This document shows, in pieces, positions 56,916 through 64,000 of a stretch of 64,000 nucleotides of DNA. The translations under genes were made by a program, and so were the position numbers. How positions within the stretch are numbered: the stretch's first letter is position 1; every line of letters starts with the position of its first letter. A model generated the notes under the pieces. The model saw nothing but the letters and a program-made list of their open reading frames with translations, did no database searches and was not told the DNA's origin. The stretch is from Candidatus Sumerlaeales bacterium (GTDB lineage: Bacteria > Sumerlaeota > Sumerlaeia > Sumerlaeales > Sumerlaeaceae). The DNA lies in contig JAKFFN010000054.1 in assembly GCA_036675025.1 (NCBI GenBank), forward strand, positions 11,673 through 75,672. The letters are read 5' to 3'.

Positions 56916-56947
56916 TTTCTACGTTCTCCGTTCTACGTTCTACTTAC
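56916..56947. repeat. Copy B of the TTCTAC(G)TT tandem motif (TTTCTACGTTCTCCGTTCTACGTTCTACTTAC), followed by a 7-bp-stem hairpin CTGCGGC-tcc-GCCGCAG at 56947-56963
   Basis: It lies 23 bp after the stop of the GHL10 gene and upstream of dus. Confidence 0.5.
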
Positions 56948-56999
56948 TGCGGCTCCGCCGCAGAATAGTTTATCCACAGCTTCCTATTTCTCCCCGATA

Positions 57000-58151
57000 A
57001 TGACGCAAACTGCAACAAATAGCAACCCGAACCTCCTCGGCCGCGCCCCCGGCTTCAGCATCGGCAATGTCGAACTGAACTGCCGGGTGATTCCTGCGCC
57101 CATGTGCAACATCAGCGACCGCGCCTACCGCGGCCTTACCCGCGCGATGGGCGCTGACCTGGTGACCACGCAGATGGTATCTGCCGAAGGTCTCATTCGC
57201 GATGATGCCAATACCTGGCGCCTCCTCGACCTCGATCGCGCGGAAAAACCGGTGACGGTTCAATTGCTCGGCAGCAACCCGCAGTCCCTGGCTCGCGCCG
57301 CGCAGATGGTGGAAGCCGCCGGTGCAACCATTGTCGATCTCAACATGGGCTGCCCCGCCCGCCACGTTACCGGCAATGACTGCGGCAGTGCGCTCATGCG
57401 CGATCACAAGCTTGTGGCGGAAATCGTCCGCACCATCAGCAATGCCATCAGCATTCCGTTTACCGTAAAGATGCGCGCCGGCTGGGACGGCAAAGAGATT
57501 TCGGCCATTGACCTTGCGAAAGTCTGCGAAGCCGAGGGCGCCAAGGCCGTATGCCTTCACGCGCGCACCCGCGAGCAGGGCTACAAGGGCAAAGCCGATT
57601 GGACGCTCATTGCCGCCATGAAAGAGGCGCTGAGCATCCCCGTCATCGGCAATGGCGACGTCATGTCGCCCGCCGACGCCGTACGCATGTTCCGCGAAAC
57701 CGGCTGCGACGCCGTCATGCTGGGCCGCGGAATCATTGGCAACCCGTGGCTCCTTCGCGCCTGTCAGGAAGCTGTGACAAAGCTTTTCACCGGCCAGGTC
57801 AGCCATGAAGACGAAGTACCCGGTGACGAACTGGTCCATGTGGAAGACAACGGCGAGTACGTACCCATCAAGGTGCCGTATTACATGAAGGAAGTCGGCA
57901 TCGATGAGCGCCTCGACCTTATCCTTCACCACACAAAACTGACCATCGACATCAAGGGCGAAGTCCGCGCCGTGAAAGAGATGCGCAAGCACAGCCAGCA
58001 ATACATCAAAGGCATCCCCGGCTGCAAAACCCTGCGCGAAAAACTGATGAAGGTGGACACCTACGAGGAGATCAACACTCTCCTCGCGGAGTACCGCGTG
58101 TACCTGGCGGAACGCAAAGCCGCACTTTCACCGGCCCATTTGCCTGCATAG
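57000..58151 (+). CDS. dus: tRNA-dihydrouridine synthase (DusB/NifR3 family)
   Basis: The ATG at 57000 gives MTQTATNSN.... The FMN-binding TIM-barrel motifs are PMCNISDRAYR, LNMGCPA and the catalytic Cys region. A C-terminal helical tRNA-binding domain follows. Confidence 0.8.
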   Translation: MTQTATNSNPNLLGRAPGFSIGNVELNCRVIPAPMCNISDRAYRGLTRAMGADLVTTQMVSAEGLIRDDANTWRLLDLDRAEKPVTVQLLGSNPQSLARAAQMVEAAGATIVDLNMGCPARHVTGNDCGSALMRDHKLVAEIVRTISNAISIPFTVKMRAGWDGKEISAIDLAKVCEAEGAKAVCLHARTREQGYKGKADWTLIAAMKEALSIPVIGNGDVMSPADAVRMFRETGCDAVMLGRGIIGNPWLLRACQEAVTKLFTGQVSHEDEVPGDELVHVEDNGEYVPIKVPYYMKEVGIDERLDLILHHTKLTIDIKGEVRAVKEMRKHSQQYIKGIPGCKTLREKLMKVDTYEEINTLLAEYRVYLAERKAALSPAHLPA

Positions 58152-58303
58152 CCATTTTTCTTGAATTACCCGGCTCGCAGCCGAGTCTCCTCCGCTAACT
58201 GGCGCAGTTTGTGCATGTGATCAGTCACGCTTTATCTAATTCGTGGCTACACTCTCTGCAGCTAACGAATTAATTTTTGTCATGCGAGGAAACCGTTTTA
58301 CTG

Positions 58304-59236
58304 ATGATTCAGGTCGAAAACCTTACCAAGAGCTATGGAAAAACCCGCGCACTTAAAGGTGTGTCGTTTTCTATTAACAAGGGCGAGATCGTTGGCTTTC
58401 TTGGGCCGAACGGCGCCGGAAAATCCACCACGATGAAGATCCTTACCTGCTACATGCCTGCTGACTCAGGGTCGGCCAGTGTGGCTGGATATGATACCTT
58501 CGACAGCAGCCTGGAAGTGCGCAAACGCATTGGCTACCTGCCTGAGAGCGCTCCGCTTTACACGGATATGCCGGTGGTAGATTTTCTGAAATTTGCCGGC
58601 AGCATGCACGGGCTTAAGGGCAATCGCCTGCAGAAGCAGGTTAAGAACGTCATCGACCGCACCGGTCTTGGAAGCGCCGTAGCCAAGAACATCGGCGAAC
58701 TTTCCAAAGGCTATCGCCAGCGCGTGGGCCTTGCCCAGGCACTCATTCATGAGCCGGACTTTCTCGTGCTGGATGAACCGACCAGTGGTTTAGATCCCAA
58801 CCAGATCGTCGAGATCCGCGACCTCATCCGCGAGATCGGCCGCGAGAAAACCGTAATTCTTTCCACTCACATCCTGCCCGAAGTCACAGCCACATGCGAC
58901 CGCGCCATCATCATCAGCGACGGCCGTGTTGTTGCGTCAGGCACGCCCGATGAGCTCATCCGCCGCGGCTCCGGAGCCGCCGGCATCACCACGTCCATCC
59001 GCGGTCCTCAGCCCGATGTGGAGCATAAAGTTGCCGCCATCCCCGGCGTTGATACTGTCCGCCAGCTTGAGGTTCTTAAAGACAAAACTGTGCGCCTGCA
59101 TGTGGATTCCGAGAACGGTCAGGACCTTCCGGAAAAGATTTTCCGCTGCTGCGTCGATAATGGTTGGACGCTTACGGAACTGCGACAAGATGTCGCATCG
59201 CTGGAAGATGTTTTTGCCGAATTGACCCGACAGTAA
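58304..59236 (+). CDS. ABC transporter ATP-binding protein (GldA-like, ABC-2 type)
   Basis: The ATG at 58304 gives MIQVENLTKSYG. The Walker A motif is GPNGAGKST, the ABC signature is LSKGYRQRVGLA, and the Walker B is LVLDEPTSGLD. Confidence 0.8.
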   Translation: MIQVENLTKSYGKTRALKGVSFSINKGEIVGFLGPNGAGKSTTMKILTCYMPADSGSASVAGYDTFDSSLEVRKRIGYLPESAPLYTDMPVVDFLKFAGSMHGLKGNRLQKQVKNVIDRTGLGSAVAKNIGELSKGYRQRVGLAQALIHEPDFLVLDEPTSGLDPNQIVEIRDLIREIGREKTVILSTHILPEVTATCDRAIIISDGRVVASGTPDELIRRGSGAAGITTSIRGPQPDVEHKVAAIPGVDTVRQLEVLKDKTVRLHVDSENGQDLPEKIFRCCVDNGWTLTELRQDVASLEDVFAELTRQ

Positions 59237-59322
59237 AAAAAAGAGTAGCATATTAACTTGACGATAGTTAGCGCCAACACAACACCAAACTAAATCCACG
59301 AGATGAGAGGAGGTTGAGAAAA

Positions 59323-59472
59323 ATGAAGAAAGTAGCCCTGCTGCTGACCCTGCTGGGTGCCTGCTTCTTTGCCGGTTGCGCAAAGGAAGAGAGCGCCACA
59401 GTTGAGACTCAGACCGAAAGCCCCGCTGGCGAGGTCGAGACGGATGTCGAAGTAACGACGACCACGGAGTAA
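59323..59472 (+). CDS. Uncalled 49-aa lipoprotein (MKKVALLLTLLGACFFAGCAKEESATVETQTESPAGEVETDVEVTTTTE)
   Basis: A strong RBS (GAGAGGAGG) lies 8 nt upstream of the ATG. A type II signal peptide with a lipobox (LLGAC / FAGC) is present. An acidic Thr/Glu-rich tail follows. A hairpin lies downstream. The gene is absent from the ORF track because it is shorter than 60 aa. Confidence 0.45.
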   Translation: MKKVALLLTLLGACFFAGCAKEESATVETQTESPAGEVETDVEVTTTTE

Positions 59473-59503
59473 TAAGTCGGAGGCACCCTCTCGGAGCCTT
59501 TCA

Positions 59504-59550
59504 AGCGTCAGCCCTTGCCTTATGGCAGCGGCTGACGCATTTTTTATTGC
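59504..59550 (+). terminator. Rho-independent-terminator-like hairpin after the small lipoprotein gene
   Basis: GCGTCAGCC-cttgccttatggcagc-GGCTGACGC is followed by ATTTTTTATT. Confidence 0.45.
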
Positions 59551-59672
59551 CTGTCGCCATCCTTGACAGCGGTTAGCACGCAACCTGCTAATTCACCCAC
59601 TCGGCTCCGCGTGCCCATGCCGGCACCAGCCGCTCCACAAAAAAATCTTAATGGGAGAGCTACGGTTTACTT

Positions 59673-60413
59673 ATGTTAAATACGTATCGCATTTTCAGGA
59701 AAGAGCTGGGCACCTACTTCAATTCGCCCCAGGCTTATATCTTCCTGGTCGTGTTCCTGGTGATCGGCCCCGCGCTGTTTTTCAACCTTGCCGGCCAGGG
59801 CTTTTTCAAAGGCGGCGTTGCTGCCCTCCATGGCTTCTTTACTTACCTGCCCTGGTTGTTTCTTTTCTTATGCCCGGCCATCGCCATGCGCATCTGGTCT
59901 GAAGAGAAGCGCAGCGGCACCCAGGAGATGCTTATGACGTTCCCGGTGCGCGACTGGGAAGCAGTACTGGGCAAATACTTCAGCACCGTGTTCCTGCTGC
60001 TGTGCGCACTGGTGCTCACGCTGCCGCTGGCCTTCGTTGTTAATCATTTCGCTCACGACCGCACTCCGGTTGATTTCGGCCCTATCTGGTGCGGCTACAT
60101 CGGCGCCTTCCTCATGGGCTCTTCCATCCTGGCCATTGGCTGCTGGGCCAGCAGCATCACTGTAAACCAGATTGTGGCCTTCATCCTTACCTGCGTTGTT
60201 ACATTTTGTCTCATCATCATCGGCCTGCCGACTCTCTTTAACATCCTGCCCCCCGGCGTTTACAACGTAGTTTCTCAGTTTGGCCTCATGACGCACTTCG
60301 TCAGCATGTACCGCGGCGTACTGGAACTGCAGGATGTCGTCTATTACCTGGGCGTCATCGTATTTTTTCTGTTCCTGAATGTGCGCGCCATCGAAAGTCG
60401 GAAGTGGAAATAG
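59673..60413 (+). CDS. ABC-2 family transporter permease (GldF-like)
   Basis: It is 246 aa with six predicted TM helices. Its operon position, between the ABC ATPase and the GldG-like gene, supports the call. Confidence 0.7.
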   Translation: MLNTYRIFRKELGTYFNSPQAYIFLVVFLVIGPALFFNLAGQGFFKGGVAALHGFFTYLPWLFLFLCPAIAMRIWSEEKRSGTQEMLMTFPVRDWEAVLGKYFSTVFLLLCALVLTLPLAFVVNHFAHDRTPVDFGPIWCGYIGAFLMGSSILAIGCWASSITVNQIVAFILTCVVTFCLIIIGLPTLFNILPPGVYNVVSQFGLMTHFVSMYRGVLELQDVVYYLGVIVFFLFLNVRAIESRKWK

Positions 60414-60427
60414 GAGTTTAGATATTA

Positions 60428-62140
60428 ATGTCGTATAATCACGAAACCGAAACCGAAACTGAAGTATCCGGACGAAAAAGCCGTGTCGTAAAGGGCGGCC
60501 TCAATGCCATCGTTGGCAGCCTGCTTCTCCTCGCTATCCTTATCGGCGTGTACTGGCTTGCTGGCAAGAGCAACAAAAGCCTCGACCTGACGCGCGAGCA
60601 GATCTACACCCTCAGCAACAACACCCGCAACCTGCTGGGCAAGCTGGAAGACCGTGTAACGTTCTCTGTGTACGCGACAGAGAAGGGCACGCCGCCCGAG
60701 TGGACGGAGAAGCTGAACGAGCTGCGCGAATTGCTGAACCAGTACCGCAGCGTCTCCGGTGGTAAGGTGCAGTACACGTTTAACACCGTGACCCCCGGCG
60801 TAGACGACAAGGCCGCGCAGGATGCCGGCATGGAAGCATCGCTTCTGCAGGAGTCGTCTGCCACGGAGTACAAAATCCAGAAGGGTTACTTTGGCCTGCA
60901 GGCTGAGTACCGCGGCCAGAGCGAAACTCTGCCGTTTATCCCGCTGAACGAACCGCTGGAATATCAGCTCACCCGCATCATCAACAAGGTGGCTGCAATT
61001 GATATCCCGAAAGTCGGCCTCGTTTCCCCGGCCGGCAATCCCCTCATGGGCCAGGAAAGCCAGTTTTCGCTTCTGCGTCAGGTGCTGGAGGCCCGCGACT
61101 TTGAAGTCACTGATTTCCAGCCAACAGACCTGGGCAAGATCTCCGACGTAGAAATGCTGTTTTTAGTGGATCCGCAGAACCTTAGCGACGAAGCACTGTT
61201 CCACATCGACCAGTACGTCATGAACGGCGGCAAGCTGTTCGTGGCCGCCCCCGGCGTGCAGTTGAGCAACCAGATGGGCATGAGCAGCGTCACGCCTAAT
61301 CCGCCTAACATTAATCAGCTGCTTGAGTACTACGGCCTGCGCATCGAGCCTACCCTGGTGGAAGACTGGGGCGGAGGCCAGGTTCGCGGAGCCATTACCC
61401 GCGCGGGGACCCTCGTGCGCTATAAAGACCCGCTGATCTTCAGCACGGTTAATGTTTCTGCCGACGATGCCGCCACAAGCAACCTTCAGCCGCTCATGTT
61501 TGCCTACACCTCAAGCGTAAGTCGCAGTGACCGCGGCACCAGCGGCACTGTCGTACCTCTCGTGCAGACCTCAGAAAACGCGCGCCTGCAGCGTGATACC
61601 TTCACCCTGGAAGCTACGGAACTAAAGCCCCCTACCCAGGAAGAAAAAACCAGCACGCAAGACCTGGTAATGCTCGTAAAGGGTAACCTTACCAGCCGCT
61701 ATTCTGATGCTGCGCCACCTGTGCTCACCAACGGAGACGGAACTACGCGTACGGTGGACGAATCCAGCATCAAGAAACGGAGCTCTGACGAAGCTCGGGT
61801 TATGGTAGCAGGCTCTGCGCTGTTCCTTGTGAACCAGGTTCTTGAAGGCGCACCTACCAACGCACTACTACCCCTGAACCTGGCCGAACTCTACACCCGC
61901 GGCGGAGATCTGCTGGCACTCAGTTCCAGGAGCACCCGTCCCGCCCAGCTTCGCCCGGGCATCACGCCGGCTGAAAACACCTGGACCCAGGTGCTGATCA
62001 TCGGCGGCATTCCCGCTCTACTCATCATCTTCGGGTTTGTGAAACTCTACCTCAACCGCCGGCGCAAGGCAAAGTATCGCCGCATTTACGCCACTCCGGG
62101 CAGCCAGGCTCGTCAGCAGGAAAACGTATTGGTCACCTAA
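60428..62140 (+). CDS. GldG-like ABC-transporter auxiliary component (ABC-type uncharacterised transport system, periplasmic)
   Basis: An N-terminal TM anchor and a C-terminal TM anchor (VLIIGGIPALLIIFGFV) flank a large periplasmic domain. This is the typical GldG architecture, and the gene follows the permease. Confidence 0.65.
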   Translation: MSYNHETETETEVSGRKSRVVKGGLNAIVGSLLLLAILIGVYWLAGKSNKSLDLTREQIYTLSNNTRNLLGKLEDRVTFSVYATEKGTPPEWTEKLNELRELLNQYRSVSGGKVQYTFNTVTPGVDDKAAQDAGMEASLLQESSATEYKIQKGYFGLQAEYRGQSETLPFIPLNEPLEYQLTRIINKVAAIDIPKVGLVSPAGNPLMGQESQFSLLRQVLEARDFEVTDFQPTDLGKISDVEMLFLVDPQNLSDEALFHIDQYVMNGGKLFVAAPGVQLSNQMGMSSVTPNPPNINQLLEYYGLRIEPTLVEDWGGGQVRGAITRAGTLVRYKDPLIFSTVNVSADDAATSNLQPLMFAYTSSVSRSDRGTSGTVVPLVQTSENARLQRDTFTLEATELKPPTQEEKTSTQDLVMLVKGNLTSRYSDAAPPVLTNGDGTTRTVDESSIKKRSSDEARVMVAGSALFLVNQVLEGAPTNALLPLNLAELYTRGGDLLALSSRSTRPAQLRPGITPAENTWTQVLIIGGIPALLIIFGFVKLYLNRRRKAKYRRIYATPGSQARQQENVLVT

Positions 62141-62231
62141 GCTCCTCATTCGGTGAGACAGGCTCTGCGCCTGTCTCACCGTGTATAATACGCACGCACC
62201 ACTCACCACCGATCAAACAGGACAGTAACAC

Positions 62232-63440
62232 ATGAAGACAAAAAACACGATCTTTCTCCTTATCATAGCGGCCGTAGTCTTTGGCGCCATCTTCTACATG
62301 AACCAAAAAGAAGAAGAGACGCTTTCCACCGCGGCCATACCGGTTAAGAATTTGCCCGCCCTTACCAGCGGCACTGTAGAGCGCATTAGCGTAGCTGCAC
62401 CGGGGGAAAAGCCGGTAACCCTTACCCGGTCAAACGGCACCTGGTACACCAATGTGGAAAAGAAATACGAAGCCGACCAGGCTGCAGTGTCAGGCATCTT
62501 TAGCACTCTCAGCGAACCCATTGAAGCAAACGTTGTCAGCACAAACGAAGACAGCTTCGCCGAGTATCACGTGACCGAAACCAGCGGAACCCATGTGCAG
62601 ATTTTCGAGCCGGGAAAAGAAGCCGCGGTGCTTGATATGGTTATCGGCAAAGATGGATCGTCTGCTTTCTCAACCTACATCCGCATGAAGGATGGCAAAG
62701 AAGTTCTCAATGCGCGGGTGGGTCTCTCCATGATCTTCAAACGCCCCGATGGCTGGCGCGACAAGCAGATATTCCAGTTCTCAGGCAGCAATGCAACCCG
62801 TGTAGCCGCAGATGGAACATCCAGCACATTCACAGCAGCCAAAACCGAAGAAGGCACCTGGCAGTTTGCTGCACCCACCACTGGAACCGTTGAGCAGGCA
62901 AGGATCACCAGCCTGGCCAACATGCTTTCCAACCTGCGGGCCAACGATTTCGTAGAACCAGCCGATGAACAGACCCTGGCAGATTTCGGTCTCGAGCCTC
63001 CTCGTCAGACTCTGTCGCTATCGTACGAGGACAAGTCCACCTCGCCCAGCACAGAGACGAGTGTGACTCTCCACATCGGCAAGGAATCCAATACCCCAGG
63101 TGACTGGTATGCCCGCCGCGGCGACAAAAATGACGTGTTTACTATTGGCCAGTACATCGCCGATGCCCTGGCGCCTGATCCTGCCACTCTGAAAGCCCAG
63201 GAACCGGAACCCGAGCCTACGCCAGAGCTCACACCAGCCGACGAAGCCACCACTCCCGTAGAAGCCGCTGAAGCAACCCCAGCGGCATCCGACGTCACGT
63301 CGACAGCGCCGGACGATACTGCCGCTACACCTGCATCAACACCAGAGCCAACGCCGGCAGCTACCCCGGAACCGACACCCGCTCCAACGCCGACTCCGGC
63401 GGTGCAGACTGACAACACGACCGCTCCCCAACCAAGCTAG
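62232..63440 (+). CDS. DUF4340-family protein (frequent partner of GldG-like genes) with a C-terminal Pro/Thr/Glu-rich tail
   Basis: An N-terminal TM/signal anchor (IFLLIIAAVVFGAIFY) is followed by a globular domain. The C-terminal ~100 aa are low-complexity PT repeats (TPEPTPAATPEPTPAPTPTPA). Confidence 0.6.
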   Translation: MKTKNTIFLLIIAAVVFGAIFYMNQKEEETLSTAAIPVKNLPALTSGTVERISVAAPGEKPVTLTRSNGTWYTNVEKKYEADQAAVSGIFSTLSEPIEANVVSTNEDSFAEYHVTETSGTHVQIFEPGKEAAVLDMVIGKDGSSAFSTYIRMKDGKEVLNARVGLSMIFKRPDGWRDKQIFQFSGSNATRVAADGTSSTFTAAKTEEGTWQFAAPTTGTVEQARITSLANMLSNLRANDFVEPADEQTLADFGLEPPRQTLSLSYEDKSTSPSTETSVTLHIGKESNTPGDWYARRGDKNDVFTIGQYIADALAPDPATLKAQEPEPEPTPELTPADEATTPVEAAEATPAASDVTSTAPDDTAATPASTPEPTPAATPEPTPAPTPTPAVQTDNTTAPQPS

Positions 63441-63514
63441 CGTTTCCATCTGGCGGAATGCTCGTGCACGTGCACGCACCCCGTGCACGTTCACCAATTT
63501 GCCCTCGGTTACAA

Positions 63515-63552
63515 AAACCCCCGGCTGTCAATCCAGCCGGGGGTTTTCTGTT
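63515..63552. terminator. Bidirectional rho-independent terminator
   Basis: AAAAA-CCCCCGGCTG-tcaatc-CAGCCGGGGG-TTTTCTGTT lies between the end of the DUF4340 gene and the convergent partial CDS. Confidence 0.55.
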
Positions 63553-63586
63553 ATAGCCTGTTAATTTAAATTGCCGTCAAAGCGGA

Positions 63587-64000
63587 GCAGCGATACCAGC
63601 ATCGCCGGCCCGGGTGCGCTCAGTTGGATCAAACTTCGGCGCGTTCAGCAGTATCACGTCCGGGTTTTTCTTTGCCTCTTCCACGTCAAAGTTCACCGTC
63701 TGCGTCTTCACTGCGTCCAGCATCACCTGGGTTACTTCTTTTGATGTGGGGTCAGCGCTGCCACCGGTGTTTACCGGCTGCGTGGCCTTGCCTGGTGTTC
63801 CCGGCTTTCCTGCCGTTTTCTTTGCCGCCTCTTTACTGTCTGTCGTGGCCTTGGCCCCTAATGTCGTAGTTCCCGTGGCTGCGCCCCTGTTCTTTGCATC
63901 TTCAGAGCCGCGCTTCTCCCGCTCTGCCCGGCGCTTTTCTTCTTCAGCCTTCTTTTTGGCCGCTTCAGCTTCTTTTTCCTTCTTATCCTCACGCTCGGTT
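63587..64000 (-). CDS. Partial CDS (C-terminal ~137 aa; N-terminus beyond window end) encoding a Lys/Glu/Ala-rich protein
   Basis: I translated this minus-strand frame myself from the sequence: ...EREDKKEKEAEAAKKKAEEEKRRAEREKRGSEDAKNRGAATGTTTLGAKATTDSKEAAKKTAGKPGTPGKATQPVNTGGSADPTSKEVTQVMLDAVKTQTVNFDVEEAKKNPDVILLNAPKFDPTERTRAGDAGIAAPL, ending in a stop at 63587-89. It is not in the ORF track because no start codon falls inside the window. Confidence 0.5.

Noticed and set aside
63624-63869. An 81-aa plus-strand ORF near the window end
   Set aside because: It lies antisense to a much more convincing minus-strand partial CDS that runs off the window. It has a Pro/Ser/Leu-rich low-complexity translation.
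1-64000. A search for CRISPR arrays, rRNA, integrases, transposases and phage structural genes
   Set aside because: I found no regularly spaced 25-40-bp direct repeats with unique spacers. I found no rRNA-like conserved blocks. I found no recombinase or transposase motifs. The only repeats are the short tandem motifs reported above and the coding low-complexity tracts (PT-rich, Q/P/Y-rich, GKPSAGS).

Overview
This is a high-GC (~60%) bacterial chromosomal segment. Gene content suggests a soil Acidobacteriota-like or Verrucomicrobia/Planctomycetes-like organism: TAT-exported Gfo/Idh/MocA oxidoreductases, DUF1080 domains, GHL10 and DUF4091 glycosidase-like proteins, and a TlpA fusion. I call about 55 protein-coding genes on both strands. 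I saw no rRNA, tRNA or CRISPR array.

The provided ORF track uses ATG, GTG and TTG as starts and always takes the longest ORF. I re-derived many starts from ribosome-binding-site placement, signal peptides and stop/start overlaps (ATGA couplings).

Most of the window is housekeeping:
- rimO, hemC, rsgA, nfo, a MoxR ATPase, dus, photolyase, Mn catalase, beta-carbonic anhydrase, aguB, an L,D-transpeptidase
- an LPS-core heptose trio (gmhB, ADP-heptose adenylyltransferase domain, GT9 heptosyltransferase)
- a gldA/F/G-like ABC plus DUF4340 operon

Five regions stand out:
- 7.4-13.4 kb is an accessory island. It holds a reversed-order HEPN-MNT pair, a RES-Xre toxin-antitoxin pair, a TlpA thioredoxin fused to a large beta-sandwich N-domain, two translationally coupled secreted proteins of unknown function (one tail-fibre-like), and a low-GC ~600-bp spacer with a tandem repeat.
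- 17.3-21.3 kb is an srsABC-like phenolic-lipid cassette: type III PKS, SAM methyltransferase, FAD oxidoreductase and alpha/beta hydrolase, all translationally coupled.
- 41.2-47.4 kb has two tandem TAT-exported Gfo/Idh/MocA paralogs followed by a 1126-aa HEAT-repeat protein with two DUF1080 domains. This looks like a candidate periplasmic oxidative glycoside-cleavage module.
- A short intergenic motif, tandem TTCTAC(G)TT iterations, recurs at three 3' gene ends.
- A cluster of nested hairpins sits in the 47.48-47.60 kb convergent spacer.

Every functional call is inferred from motifs I recognise by eye in the translations. No database search was possible.
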